DNA of 34,779 bases from Candidatus Azambacteria bacterium (GTDB lineage Bacteria > Patescibacteriota > Minisyncoccia > UBA10092). The position numbers were made by a program, and so were the translations under genes. Positions 18,488-28,492 of this stretch are shown here, one piece after another; within the stretch, counting starts at the first letter, position 1; the number at the start of each line of letters is the position of its first letter. The notes under the pieces are model-generated. The model saw only the letters and a list, made by a program, of their open reading frames with translations, had not been told where the DNA came from and searched no databases. Location of the stretch: NCBI GenBank assembly GCA_016213445.1, contig JACRAJ010000002.1, positions 1-34,779 of the forward strand, in the 5' to 3' direction.

Positions 18488-19221
18488 TTTATCTCCGTGT
18501 TTAATAATAATTCATCATATGCGAATTTTGGATTAATATTGGTTTCATTCAGTTTAAAATAAATGTTTTGGCTTTTCGCTAAAAGATCGGTGATTTTTTT
18601 TGTCGGGTTGGTTTTGAATTTTTCTCTCAAAAAATAAAGCCAAGTTTTGAAAATTTTCGGAGCTTTTTGAGAATTGAGTTTTTCAATATAATTATATTTG
18701 CTTGAAAAATTAGCGCCAAGCAGAGCTTCGAAAATGTCGGAGGTTTTTTTATCCGGTTCCGAAACCGCCGGCTTTATCCGCCAGAAAGGCAATCTCACGG
18801 CGCGCGATATGATGGTGTCCGCGATAGAATCGAGCGTATTAACGCAAAGTATCACAATTGCGTGCTTTGGCGCCTCTTCGAAAATTTTCAACAGAGCGTT
18901 TTGCGCGAAATTGTTTAATTTTTCCGCCGTTTCTATTATCGCTATTTTATATTCGTTTGAATAGGGCCTTAACGTTAAAAAATTTTTGAGCTGACGAATA
19001 AGATCGATGGATAGCTCATCATTCATTTCGGGTTTTATCGAAAGCAAATCGGGATGGAATTTTCGGTTGTCATTTTTTAAAATTTTATCGGCAAACCAAA
19101 AAGCCGTTTTATGTTTGGAATCTTCGTCCGGCCCGTAGAAAATATAAGCATGAGATAAATAATCGCGTCCAATGCATTTGGTCAGATAATTTGCAATTTT
19201 TTTATATCCCGTTTCATTCAT
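18478..19221 (-). CDS. holB: DNA polymerase III delta-prime-like clamp loader subunit
   Basis: SHAYIFYGP (degenerate Walker A), FHPDL, AQNALLKIFEE, TIISR. Confidence 0.85.
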   Translation of the reverse strand: MNETGYKKIANYLTKCIGRDYLSHAYIFYGPDEDSKHKTAFWFADKILKNDNRKFHPDLLSIKPEMNDELSIDLIRQLKNFLTLRPYSNEYKIAIIETAEKLNNFAQNALLKIFEEAPKHAIVILCVNTLDSIADTIISRAVRLPFWRIKPAVSEPDKKTSDIFEALLGANFSSKYNYIEKLNSQKAPKIFKTWLYFLREKFKTNPTKKITDLLAKSQNIYFKLNETNINPKFAYDELLLNTEIKKL

Positions 19222-19252
19222 CAGATTTTAATTAAAAATTGAAAATTGCGCG

Positions 19253-20266
19253 TTAGCGGCGCGCCATAACGCTTCGTTTGTAAATTTCCAGATTTTCCAG
19301 AACCAAGCCGGCGCCTTTGGCGACGCACAAAAGCGGCTCTTCAGCGATATAAGCCGGCACGCCCGTGGCTTTAACTATCAATTCGTCAAAGTTTCTTAAA
19401 AGCGCTGTGCCTCCGGATAAAATTATACCCTTGTCCATAATATCGGCCGATAACTCCGGCGGAGTTTGGGATAAAACTGTTTTTAACGCCTGGATTATCT
19501 CCTTAAGGCGTTCGGAAATGGCATCAACGATTTCATTGGTGCCCACGGTTATGTTGCGCGGCAAGCCCGTTAGAATATCTCGGCCCCTGACGCCGATATG
19601 CAACTCGTCTTTTACCGGCAAAGCCGAACCGACTTCAAGTTTTATTCTTTCGGCCGTTCTTTCGCCTATTGCGAGATTATGTTTTCGTTTAAGATGCTCG
19701 ATAATCGCTTGGTCTATTTTATTGCCCCCCACTCTTTTCGAATAAGACGTTACGATGCCGCCCAAAGAAATTACCGCGACCTCGGTTGTTCCGCCGCCGA
19801 CGCCCACAATTAAATTGCCGGAAGCGGAATTAATCGGCACATCGGCGCCGATGGCGGCCAAAACCGGTTCTTTAACGATATACGCGGATCGGGCGCCGGC
19901 ATTGATGGCGGCATCGATAACGGCTCTTCTTTCCGTTGAGCTTGATCCGGACGGCACCGTTATCAAAACATCCGGTTTTATCAGCTGAAATTTTCCGAGG
20001 CTTTTTTGTATGAAGTACCTAAGCATGGCCTCGGTGATTTTGTAATCGGCGATCACGCCGTCGCGCATCGGCCTTTTGGCGATAATATTTTCCGGGGTCC
20101 GGCCGAGCATCATCTGGGCTTCGGATCCAACGGCTAAAACGGCATTATTATCGGCGGAAATAGCCACTACCGTCGGTTCGTTTAAAATAATTCCCCGGCC
20201 GGGAACAAAAACCAAAGTATTGACCGTCCCCAAATCTATTCCTATTTTTCTGGTAAATAAACTCAT
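19253..20266 (-). CDS. mreB: MreB/Mbl paralog 2
   Basis: IGIDLGTVNT, EPVLAAIGA, GGGTTEVAVISLGG, TPPELSADI. Confidence 0.95.
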   Translation of the reverse strand: MSLFTRKIGIDLGTVNTLVFVPGRGIILNEPTVVAISADNNAVLAVGSEAQMMLGRTPENIIAKRPMRDGVIADYKITEAMLRYFIQKSLGKFQLIKPDVLITVPSGSSSTERRAVIDAAINAGARSAYIVKEPVLAAIGADVPINSASGNLIVGVGGGTTEVAVISLGGIVTSYSKRVGGNKIDQAIIEHLKRKHNLAIGERTAERIKLEVGSALPVKDELHIGVRGRDILTGLPRNITVGTNEIVDAISERLKEIIQALKTVLSQTPPELSADIMDKGIILSGGTALLRNFDELIVKATGVPAYIAEEPLLCVAKGAGLVLENLEIYKRSVMARR

Positions 20267-20272
20267 GTGATT

Positions 20273-21526
20273 TTATTCTTTAATTCTTTTGATGTCCGCT
20301 CCCAAGGCTCGCAAGCGTTCGTCAATTTTACAGTATCCCCTGTCTATTTGGTAAATATTATTGATTACGCTTTGGCCTTTTGCTAGGAGTGCCGCGATTA
20401 AAAGAGCCATGCCAGCGCGGATATCCGGACTGATTATTTTCTTGCCATAAAGAGGGCTCGGGCCCCTGACAATAACCCGATGGGGATCGGCCATCACGAT
20501 ATCGGCTCCCATTTGATTTAAAATATCCGTGTAAAATAACCGACCGTCGTAAATTGTTTCGTGTATTAAGGAAATACCTTCGGTTTGAGTCATTAAAACG
20601 GTAAATGGCGCTTGAAGATCGGTGGTAAATCCGGGATATTCCCTGGTTGTGATATTAACCGACTTCAACTTCTTGGCGGGTTTCACTATAACATAGTCTT
20701 TTCCGATTTCAAGATTGGCGCCAGTTTTTTGGAGCATCGCAAGTAGAACGTCTAGATGGTCGGTGTCGCAATTTTTGATTTTAATATTGCCATTTACGGC
20801 GACTCCCAAAATTACAAAAGTGCCGGCTTCAATTCTGTCGGGCATTCCATCCCACTCGCCTCCTCGCAAGGATTTCACCCCTTCGATTTTAATTGTCGAC
20901 GTTCCAGCGCCGGAAATTTTGGCGCCGAGAGAATTCAAAAAACTGGCGAGATTTTCCACCTCGGGTTCGCAAGCCGCGTTTTTCAATATTGTTTTTCCTT
21001 CCGCCAGCGCGCCTGCCATCATTAATGTTTCGGTGCCGGTGACGCTAACCATCGGAAAAACAAATTTTCCGCCTGTCAGTTTTTTGTTTTTTGAGATTGC
21101 GGTAAAAAACGATCCGTTTTTTTTAACGGAAGCGCCGAGCGCTTTAAATCCTTCTGTAAAAAAATCAATCGATCTTTTACCCAAAGTGCAGCCGCCGGGA
21201 TGGGGAAAAGAAACCCTGCCCGCGCGCGCCAGCAAAGGCCCCGTTAAAACAATCGAAGCCCTAAAACGTTCGGCGATTTCATAGTTTAAATCCGTTTTTT
21301 TGACGCGCGACGCGTCGAAAATATCGGAATTGAATTTAACTCCCAAATCGATTATAAGTTCTTTCATTCGGTTCACATCCTCAATTTGAGGCAAGTTGCT
21401 TATTTTTACTGGTTTTGACGTGAGAATGGAAGCGGCTAAAATTTTCAAAGCCGCGTTTTTGGCGTTGCCGATGGCAATTTCGCCTTCCAATTTTTTTCCG
21501 CCGTTTATAATAAAATATTCCGCCAT
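20273..21526 (-). CDS. murA: UDP-N-acetylglucosamine 1-carboxyvinyltransferase
   Basis: AKNAAL, RASI, PGGCTLGKR (catalytic Cys), PDRIEAGT, YPGFTTDLQ, DIRAG. Confidence 0.97.
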   Translation of the reverse strand: MAEYFIINGGKKLEGEIAIGNAKNAALKILAASILTSKPVKISNLPQIEDVNRMKELIIDLGVKFNSDIFDASRVKKTDLNYEIAERFRASIVLTGPLLARAGRVSFPHPGGCTLGKRSIDFFTEGFKALGASVKKNGSFFTAISKNKKLTGGKFVFPMVSVTGTETLMMAGALAEGKTILKNAACEPEVENLASFLNSLGAKISGAGTSTIKIEGVKSLRGGEWDGMPDRIEAGTFVILGVAVNGNIKIKNCDTDHLDVLLAMLQKTGANLEIGKDYVIVKPAKKLKSVNITTREYPGFTTDLQAPFTVLMTQTEGISLIHETIYDGRLFYTDILNQMGADIVMADPHRVIVRGPSPLYGKKIISPDIRAGMALLIAALLAKGQSVINNIYQIDRGYCKIDERLRALGADIKRIKE

Positions 21527-21603
21527 AGTGCACTTATTTTACATTGAATTTTTCAATTCGAAAACATTGACAAAATAAACTCGAAGTGGCAATAATTGCA
21601 ATC

Positions 21604-22530
21604 ATGACCAGAAGATTCAGAAGGTTTATTTTTTTGATATTTACCGCGCTTTTTATAATGTGCAGTTTTGCCGCGGTTCTTTTTGCCGAAGGTTATCGGT
21701 TTGATTTCAGCGACTTTAAACTGGTAAAAACCGGCGGAATTTTCATTAAAACATCCACTGATGGGGCCAAAATATACATTAACGACAAATACATAGAATC
21801 AACCAATGGAATTTTAACCCACAGCGTTTTAATAAGCGGTCTTGCGCCAAAAAACTACAATGTTTTTGTTTATAAAGAAAATTATTATCCATGGAATAAA
21901 GTTGTTAAAGTTGAAAATGGAATGGTGTCCGAGTTGGATAGCATACTTTTATTTCCTCTGGAATTAAAGAAAAATAAAATTGCCGAATTGTCCGATCAGA
22001 CAATTTCCGAATTTGAAATAATCGACAGCGCGGTGAAAATTAAAAATAACAAAGCCAAAACGCTCAATACCTATAATTTAAATGACGGCAAGTTGCTAAC
22101 GAGCGAGAAATTCTCCGCCAAAGGCGGACCAGCCTCTGGCTGGAAAACCACCACGTCATCTCCTCAAGAAATAATTTCTCCCGATAAGAATAAAAAACTT
22201 TATGTTTTAAATAATCGGATTTGGGTTGAATATTTAAAAAATATAACGAAAGATCCCATTAAAAATGCCGGAGAAAAAGAATTGCTTGCCATTTACGAGC
22301 CGCCAATTGATTTTTTTGAATGGTTCGGGGATTCCAAACACGTAATGTGGTTTGCCGACAACGAATTAAATGTGGCCGAATTGGATAATAGAGGCGGAAA
22401 GAGAAACAGTATTAATTTTTATCTCGGCATCAATCCCCCGTTTTTTTGGGATCGCGAAAATTCCGAACTTTATTTTTTTGAAAAAAGCGCGGGAAAAAGT
22501 GTTTTATACAAAATAAGTTTCAAATCTTAA
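21604..22530 (+). CDS. Membrane-anchored PEGA domain protein with beta-propeller-like C-terminus
   Basis: TM, GYRFD, KTGGIFI, GAKIYIND, KENYYPW. ATG 21604 is preferred over GTG 21586 because of the promoter position. Confidence 0.8.
   Translation: MTRRFRRFIFLIFTALFIMCSFAAVLFAEGYRFDFSDFKLVKTGGIFIKTSTDGAKIYINDKYIESTNGILTHSVLISGLAPKNYNVFVYKENYYPWNKVVKVENGMVSELDSILLFPLELKKNKIAELSDQTISEFEIIDSAVKIKNNKAKTLNTYNLNDGKLLTSEKFSAKGGPASGWKTTTSSPQEIISPDKNKKLYVLNNRIWVEYLKNITKDPIKNAGEKELLAIYEPPIDFFEWFGDSKHVMWFADNELNVAELDNRGGKRNSINFYLGINPPFFWDRENSELYFFEKSAGKSVLYKISFKS
22114..22143 (+). repeat. 30-nt double-hairpin element, copy D (in frame, SAKGGPASGW)
   Basis: tccgcc-aaa-ggcgga ccagcc-tct-ggctgg. Confidence 0.92.
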
Positions 22531-22970
22531 CGCTTACTCCACTGCGGAGCGCGTCGGGCTCCTTTGAGGCCAGGTTTTTTCCTTTCTTTCATTCTCGGAT
22601 CGCGGGTTAAAAATCCCAATGTCTTTAATGCGGGTTTTGATTCCGGTTGGGCCAAAGCCAAAGCGCGGCTTAAACCATGGCGCGAAGCGAAAGCTTGGGC
22701 GCGCAAACCGCCGCCGGTAATTTTTATTGAAGCGGCAAATCCGTCGATGCCAACTTTTACAAATGGATTTATCACAATATCCCGCATTTCTTTTTCTTTG
22801 AAATAATCGGTAAAATTTTTGCCGTTTACGGTAATTTCAGGATTTTTTGCGTTAAGCCAAAGACGCGCTCTGGCTGTAGCCGTTTTCCTTCTGCCGACGG
22901 CTTCCGTGTATTTTTCAATTTCAGCCGCTTTTTCCTTTTTTTGCTTTTTTATCGCCATATTATTTTTCAA
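22527..22970 (-). CDS. rpsI: 30S ribosomal protein S9 (start may be 22958)
   Basis: GRRKTATAR, LTRDPRMKERKKPGL, PQWSKR. Confidence 0.97.
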   Translation of the reverse strand: MKNNMAIKKQKKEKAAEIEKYTEAVGRRKTATARARLWLNAKNPEITVNGKNFTDYFKEKEMRDIVINPFVKVGIDGFAASIKITGGGLRAQAFASRHGLSRALALAQPESKPALKTLGFLTRDPRMKERKKPGLKGARRAPQWSKR

Positions 22971-23328
22971 TAGTTAATCTTTTCATTAATTTGGCCCGCA
23001 ATCGGTTTTTGTTGAGCATTCTTAAAACCGCCAATTTCAAAGCCCGGCCGAAATCTTTTTTGGTTACTTCGGGATATTTTAATTTTTTCAATCCGCCATG
23101 GTATCCGGTGTAATGGTAGTATATTTTTTGAGAAGCTTTTCTGCCTGTTAAAACAACTTTTCCGAAATTAAAAACCCGAACCGTCACCATCGGATCCAAA
23201 TGAGGCAAATAATCAACTTGTCTTTTGCCTCTTAGCAGAGTCGCGATTTCCGACGCCAAACGTCCCAACGACCTGCCGGCGGCGTCGATATCGTAATGTT
23301 TTGTTTTTCTGGTTGATTTGATAGTCAT
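22960..23328 (-). CDS. rplM: 50S ribosomal protein L13, short form
   Basis: IDAAGRSLGRLAS, LRGK, YYHYTGYHGGLK. Confidence 0.95.
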   Translation of the reverse strand: MTIKSTRKTKHYDIDAAGRSLGRLASEIATLLRGKRQVDYLPHLDPMVTVRVFNFGKVVLTGRKASQKIYYHYTGYHGGLKKLKYPEVTKKDFGRALKLAVLRMLNKNRLRAKLMKRLTIEK

Positions 23329-23338
23329 ACTTAATATA

Positions 23339-23689
23339 TCACTTGATAAATTCTATTATAGCCATTTTTGCGCCGTCATTTTTTCTGGCGCCCATTTTAA
23401 AAATTCTCAAATAACCGCCCTTTCTTTCTTTGAAGCGCGGCCCTAATTCTTTAAAAAGTTTACTAACCGCTTTGGCGTTCATTTTTTTCAGTAAAAGCCG
23501 CCGATTGCTTAGAGTGTCTTTTTTTGCCGCGGTTACGGCTTTTTCAACAATTGATCTGATTTCTTTAGCTCGCGCTTCCGTGGTTTTTATTCTTTCTTTC
23601 AAAATCAAGCTGTTTCCCAAATTGAACACAAAGGCTTTTCTATAATCAGCCAATCTGCCGAATTTTCGATTTTTTTTGAGATGTTTCAT
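23339..23689 (-). CDS. rplQ: 50S ribosomal protein L17
   Basis: IKTTEARAKEIR, RKGGYLRI, DGAKMAIIE. Confidence 0.97.
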   Translation of the reverse strand: MKHLKKNRKFGRLADYRKAFVFNLGNSLILKERIKTTEARAKEIRSIVEKAVTAAKKDTLSNRRLLLKKMNAKAVSKLFKELGPRFKERKGGYLRIFKMGARKNDGAKMAIIEFIK

Positions 23690-23698
23690 TAAAATTAA

Positions 23699-24670
23699 TT
23701 AATCCTTCTGTTTGAGAGTATAGCCCAATTTGCCCAAAACCTTTTTAATTTCTTTTAACGCTTTTTCCCCTATGTCTTCAATATCCAATAATTCTTTTTC
23801 GCCGAGCCGCAGTAATCCGGCTACGGTTTTTATGTGATTTTCCAAAAGGGCATTTTGGGTCCGGCTCGATAATTTCAAATCTTCTATTTTTATTTTGGTA
23901 GCGCCCGCTTCTTCTTTGGAAATTGCTTTTTCCGGAATTTTTTTCTCTTTTTCTTCTTCTCTTTTTTTAATTTTTTCCGTTACCGGAGATGCAATGATTT
24001 TAAAATGATCATTAAGCAAATTAGCCGCGCTTGTAAGCGCCTCAATCGGAGTTATCGTGCCGTCAGTTTCTATGTCGAATCTTAAGCGATTGTAATTTGT
24101 TTTGTCGCCGACTCTCATATCGTCAACTTCGAAATTAATTATTTTAATCGGAGTAAAAATAGCATCGACGGCTATAACGCCAACCTCTTGTTTGTCCCGC
24201 TTGCGCGATTCGATTGCCGAGTAGCCAAGTCCTTTTTCAACTTTGATTTCCATTTCAAGCGAAGCGTTTTTTGAAGTAAGCGTGGCAATGCGCACATCCG
24301 GACTGGCGATTTCCACTTGAGAAACGGTTTTTATGTTTTTGGCGAAAACTTCTCCTTCGCCTTTGGCTTTTAAAATTACTATTTGCGGTTCATCGCCATG
24401 CAATTTAAATCTCACCTGTTTCAAATTCAGAATTATCTCAACCACATCTTCCAAAATGCCGGGCAAAGTTGAAAATTCGTGGGCGACATTGTTTATTTTT
24501 ATCGAGGTAATAGCTGCGCCGGGAAGAGACGAGAGCATTACGCGCCGCAAAGCGTTTCCCAAAGTAAGCCCGTAACCGGGGTAAAGGTCTTCAATTTCCA
24601 AAATCGCTCGGCTTTGCGATACCTGTTCGATCAATTTTGGCGCTTTAGGCAAAGAAATGTTTGTTTCCAT
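23699..24670 (-). CDS. rpoA: RNA polymerase alpha subunit
   Basis: GYGLTLGNALRRVMLSS, HEFSTLPG, DAIFTP, alpha-CTD. Confidence 0.98.
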   Translation of the reverse strand: METNISLPKAPKLIEQVSQSRAILEIEDLYPGYGLTLGNALRRVMLSSLPGAAITSIKINNVAHEFSTLPGILEDVVEIILNLKQVRFKLHGDEPQIVILKAKGEGEVFAKNIKTVSQVEIASPDVRIATLTSKNASLEMEIKVEKGLGYSAIESRKRDKQEVGVIAVDAIFTPIKIINFEVDDMRVGDKTNYNRLRFDIETDGTITPIEALTSAANLLNDHFKIIASPVTEKIKKREEEKEKKIPEKAISKEEAGATKIKIEDLKLSSRTQNALLENHIKTVAGLLRLGEKELLDIEDIGEKALKEIKKVLGKLGYTLKQKD

Positions 24671-24696
24671 AATTTTTCTATAATATTAAAATAATT

Positions 24697-25323
24697 TTAT
24701 TTTGAATAATAAGAAATGATAGTGTTCATATTGAAATTCTTCGGCAAATCGTCGATTTTCGGTTCCGATTTTATTTTCACTTCAAGATTTTTTTTATCAA
24801 CCGCGAGCCAAGCCGGCGCTTCGTGTTTTTTTAATTTATTGTCGATATTGGCGAAAATCGCTTTGTTGCGGCTTTTAGGCTTAACGGTTACGGTTTCTCC
24901 AATTTTTACCGAATAAGAAGGAATGGTAATCTTCTTGCCATTCAGCAAAAAATGGCCATGGCTTGCCATCTGGCGCGCTATTGCCCGCGAAGCCGCAAAT
25001 CCGCTTCTATATATTACATTGTCGACGCGTTTTTCAAGAGCGGCCAACAAAAGATCGCCGGCGACTCCTTTTTTATTTTTCGCTTCTTTAAAATATCTTT
25101 CCAATTGTTTTTCGGTTATGCCGTAAGTGAATTTCACTTTTTGTTTTTCCATAAGCTGCGTTCCGAATTCCGACGCGGCCCTTCGGCGCATTTTTCCGTG
25201 CGCGCCAGGCCTGTACGGCTTTTTAAGAAAAGCCGATTTCGGCGAAAATGATCTCTCGGCTTTCAATCCGAGATTTTCGCCTACTTTTCTGGATATTTTT
25301 TCTTTTGGTCCGGTGTATCTCAT
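24697..25323 (-). CDS. rpsD: 30S ribosomal protein S4
   Basis: RYTGP, PGAHG, EKQK, RVDNVIYR, ARQMASHGH. Confidence 0.97.
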   Translation of the reverse strand: MRYTGPKEKISRKVGENLGLKAERSFSPKSAFLKKPYRPGAHGKMRRRAASEFGTQLMEKQKVKFTYGITEKQLERYFKEAKNKKGVAGDLLLAALEKRVDNVIYRSGFAASRAIARQMASHGHFLLNGKKITIPSYSVKIGETVTVKPKSRNKAIFANIDNKLKKHEAPAWLAVDKKNLEVKIKSEPKIDDLPKNFNMNTIISYYSK

Positions 25324-25338
25324 AAATATGTTGGAATA

Positions 25339-25794
25339 TTAAACTCTCCTCACTTTTTTCGGCCGCGGCCCGTTGTGCGGGATCGGCGTAACGTCTTTTA
25401 TGGAAACAATATTCAAGCCGTGGCTGGCAAAAGACCTCACCGCGGATTCTCGACCGGAACCGATTCCTCTGACAAAAATTTCAACTTCTCCAAATCCGGT
25501 TTTTTTGGTTTTTTCGAGCACCGCTTCGGCTACTTTTGAAGCGGCGTACGGCGTGGCTTTTTTCGGTCCTTTGAATCCCAGCGAACCGGCGGAAGACCAT
25601 GCCAGAACATTACCTTTTTCGTCGCTAACGGTGATAAAAGTGTTGTTATAACTTACTTGTATATAAATTCGCCCTCTGGCTATTTGATGGCCAACTTTAA
25701 CAGTTGCGGATTCAGGCGCTTTGATTTTTCCCGCCTTCTCGCTTTCTTTGAGAAGCTCTTCTTCAGTTTCTTTTTTTATTTTCTTTTTACCCAT
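25339..25794 (-). CDS. rpsK: 30S ribosomal protein S11
   Basis: SYNNT, WSSAG, KKATPYAA, DVTPIPHNG. Confidence 0.98.
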   Translation of the reverse strand: MGKKKIKKETEEELLKESEKAGKIKAPESATVKVGHQIARGRIYIQVSYNNTFITVSDEKGNVLAWSSAGSLGFKGPKKATPYAASKVAEAVLEKTKKTGFGEVEIFVRGIGSGRESAVRSFASHGLNIVSIKDVTPIPHNGPRPKKVRRV

Positions 25795-26183
25795 TATGTT
25801 TTCTCCGCTGATTTTTTACGACCGGAACCAACTGTTTTTCTCACATTGCCTCTTCTGGTTCTTGAATTGGTCTTGGTTCTCTGGCCTCTTACCGGCAAAC
25901 CCCGACTATGGCGATAGCCGCGATAAGCGCCTATTTCTTTCAATCTTTTAATATTGCTTTGGATTACTCTTTTAAGTTCGCCTTCTATTTTATATTGTTT
26001 TTCAACATAATCTTTAAGCCGATTAAGCTCTTCGGCGCTCAAATCCGACGCCTTTTTTAAAGGATCGATTTTTAAGCTGGCGATGATTTTCTTCGCTTCA
26101 CCTTGACCCAAACCGTAAATGTAAGACAAAGAAATGATTATTTTTTTGTTTTCCGGGATATTAACTCCCGCTATTCTTGGCAT
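25794..26183 (-). CDS. rpsM: 30S ribosomal protein S13
   Basis: MPRIAGVNIP, GLPVRGQRTKTNSRTR. Confidence 0.98.
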   Translation of the reverse strand: MPRIAGVNIPENKKIIISLSYIYGLGQGEAKKIIASLKIDPLKKASDLSAEELNRLKDYVEKQYKIEGELKRVIQSNIKRLKEIGAYRGYRHSRGLPVRGQRTKTNSRTRRGNVRKTVGSGRKKSAEKT

Positions 26184-26205
26184 ATGTTTTTATCTAATGA
26201 ATCCT

Positions 26206-26270
26206 GGGAATTTTTGACGTCCCGCGAAGCGGGACTAAAATTCCCGTGAAAGCCGCACCGCGGCTTTTCA
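26206..26270. repeat. Two adjacent hairpins in the rpmJ-rpsM spacer
   Basis: gggaatttt..gtcccgc-gaa-gcgggac..aaaattccc (26206-26245) and aaagccgc-acc-gcggcttt next to the rpmJ stop. Confidence 0.7.
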
Positions 26271-26381
26271 CCCTTGTCTCTGTTTATGTTTGGGGTTTGA
26301 ACAGGTTATATAAAGCCGTCTTTGGCGACGGACAATTTTGCATTTCGCGCAAATTTTTTTAACACTGGCTCGAACCTTCAT
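26268..26381 (-). CDS. rpmJ: 50S ribosomal protein L36
   Basis: [37 protein letters not shown] (zinc-ribbon form); true ATG at 26381. Confidence 0.97.
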   Translation of the reverse strand: MKVRASVKKICAKCKIVRRQRRLYITCSNPKHKQRQG

Positions 26382-26388
26382 TATATTT

Positions 26389-26601
26389 TTACAGCCTTTT
26401 AATAATTCGACCCCGTTTTTTATCAACCGAAAGCTCAACTTCAACTCTGTCGCCAACCAGAACTCTAATAAAATTCAGCCTCATTTTTCCTGATAAATGG
26501 GCTAAAATTTCCGAGTTGTCATCAATTTTTACCCTAAAGGTTGTGTTGGGCAAAGCCTCAACAACGGTGCCGCTTAATATGGACCTTTTATTATCTATCA
26601 C
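26389..26601 (-). CDS. infA: Translation initiation factor IF-1
   Basis: [29 protein letters not shown]. Confidence 0.97.
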   Translation of the reverse strand: MIDNKRSILSGTVVEALPNTTFRVKIDDNSEILAHLSGKMRLNFIRVLVGDRVEVELSVDKKRGRIIKRL

Positions 26602-26606
26602 GGCAA

Positions 26607-28400
26607 TTATTGGTTGTCAAGAGTAATGTTTATTTTGTCCGGGCTATTCGGCGCTTGCCTAACCCAAAACGGCCATAAAGAAATGGAGGCGCTGTTAACA
26701 AAATTTTTTCCGGCAATTACATTTCTCATTCCATTCTCATCAAGCCCGGCGAGATTTTTTTTCAATCCGGCCAAATCAACAACAAAAGCGTTGTCTTTGT
26801 TAAGATCGAAAGTAAAAAATATTTCGCCCTTTTTAAAATCTGCTTTAAAGGCTTGAGGATAAGATATTGTATCCCTAAAATCAAAATTTTGCAAGACGGG
26901 GTATTTATTAACCGCCGTGTAATTCACCAGCGACCTAAAATCTTTTTCATTGAAAAACACGGCTTGCCAGGTAATTTTCATGCTTACAATTTGAGAATCA
27001 ACTTTAACTTCATCTGCTTTAACGGTTGAAGCGCCGTCAATCAATACAAAATTCGAATTTTTATAAGCGTTTAAAGTGTCGTTTTTAAGCTCATTTGCCA
27101 ATTCGTTTTTCAAATTTTCTTTCGTTATTTCAATCGCTTGCGTTTGGCCGGCAGGCGCCAGACCGCCGGACACGGCCGCCATCGGCTCCGCGCTTTCCGC
27201 ATAAAATCCCGCGTATTTTGGAGAACCTTTAAATCCCGGAATGGTGAAATAAGACGGGCCGATTAAGTATTCTTTTCCGGCCGCATCGCTTACAACTTCG
27301 GTTTTGATTGAGCTGGGGATCAATTTGGAACCCGACATTTTTGCTCCCGGAACGGTTATCGATTTTTGTATCCTGAATACTTTTCCGTCTTTTGTTTCAA
27401 ATCTGGTTTGAGCTATCAATTTTTGAGGAGCCGCGCTGTAAGCGTTGTAAACGGTTATTAAGCCTCCGGCTTTAACCGGCAAATTAGCGCTGTCGTCGGC
27501 GCCGATTATTTCAATCGCTTTCGATCCGGATTTGGTCAGCAGAAAATATTGGCCGGGAAGAATTCCGTTCGCCAAATCGGGCGCGGTTATGTTTTTACTG
27601 ACGGCAGTTTGAATGGACAGCTTTATCGGAACTTCTTTCAGCGAGAGCTTCACATTGGCTTTTGGCAATATTAAATACATTGCCGCCGCCAAAAGTAAAA
27701 TCCCGACGCCGATAAAAGACGCAATTAACTGTTTTAAAGAAAAAGATTTTTTGAAACCGATTTTTGACTGTTTGATTTCGGCTTTGTTTTTCGGTTCGTT
27801 ATAGAAAGCTTCAAGGTCTTTTTCCAATTCCGAATTATCATTCGCGCCAAGTCCGACAATCGTGTTTTTACGCGCAATTTCATCTGCAATTGCGTTTTCG
27901 CCAACGAGATTTTCGCCTTCCTCATTAAAAGAAACGCCGGTTTCTTGTTGAGGAATAAAATCAATTTTCGGTTCCGAATCGGTGTTTATTTCCAAATCCG
28001 GTTCCAATTCCAATTCCGGCTCCGGCTTTGATTCCACTGACAAACGTTCCGCTTTTGCGAGATGAAAAGCCGGCGGCGTAATATCAAGCATTTTCCTTGT
28101 TTCTCTTTTAGGCTCTTTTATTTCTTTTTCTTTCGCAGGCGCGCAATTGGCGTCATAAATCGGCAGCTGTATTTTTTCCGCGAATTTTTTAATATCTTTA
28201 CTTTCGGTATCTATATATAAATTTTTATTTACGCTCTCGGCTTCTTCTTTTAAAATTTTAAGCGAATTCAAATCTGCGGCGAGCATGGAGTTTTTCGGCA
28301 AAATCAAAATTATCTCGCTATGTTTCGACTTCATCAAGCGGCCGATTAAAATCGCCGCATCGTCTTTTGTTCTGGCGCGAATTATTTCAACGTTTTCCAT
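26607..28400 (-). CDS. Hypothetical single-TM protein with a baseplate-J-like extracellular region
   Basis: N-terminal IILILPK..LKILK domain, acidic linker, TM, then [26 protein letters not shown] pattern; recognised from memory only. Confidence 0.55.
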   Translation of the reverse strand: MENVEIIRARTKDDAAILIGRLMKSKHSEIILILPKNSMLAADLNSLKILKEEAESVNKNLYIDTESKDIKKFAEKIQLPIYDANCAPAKEKEIKEPKRETRKMLDITPPAFHLAKAERLSVESKPEPELELEPDLEINTDSEPKIDFIPQQETGVSFNEEGENLVGENAIADEIARKNTIVGLGANDNSELEKDLEAFYNEPKNKAEIKQSKIGFKKSFSLKQLIASFIGVGILLLAAAMYLILPKANVKLSLKEVPIKLSIQTAVSKNITAPDLANGILPGQYFLLTKSGSKAIEIIGADDSANLPVKAGGLITVYNAYSAAPQKLIAQTRFETKDGKVFRIQKSITVPGAKMSGSKLIPSSIKTEVVSDAAGKEYLIGPSYFTIPGFKGSPKYAGFYAESAEPMAAVSGGLAPAGQTQAIEITKENLKNELANELKNDTLNAYKNSNFVLIDGASTVKADEVKVDSQIVSMKITWQAVFFNEKDFRSLVNYTAVNKYPVLQNFDFRDTISYPQAFKADFKKGEIFFTFDLNKDNAFVVDLAGLKKNLAGLDENGMRNVIAGKNFVNSASISLWPFWVRQAPNSPDKINITLDNQ

Positions 28401-28435
28401 TTAAAATTTATAATTTTTTAACTTTTAAAAACAAT

Positions 28436-28450
28436 GGGATTGGGTTTAGG
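28436..28450 (-). repeat. CCTAAACCCAATCCC motif downstream of alaS
   Basis: Exact 15-mer match to 34641-34655; 13/15 match at 7372-7386. Confidence 0.65.
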
Positions 28451-28492
28451 ATATTTCGGTAATTAGTAATAATTATACAACAAAATATTTTT

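Noticed and set aside
19253-20266. Two mreB paralogs as a novelty
   Set aside because: Multiple MreB/Mbl paralogs are common, and mbl next to murA is a known arrangement
26382-26456. Extended L36
   Set aside because: Overlaps infA; the canonical 37-aa L36 starts at 26381
27991-28026. Hexamer-like repeats encoding [12 protein letters not shown]
   Set aside because: Ordinary low-complexity acidic linker in codon phase
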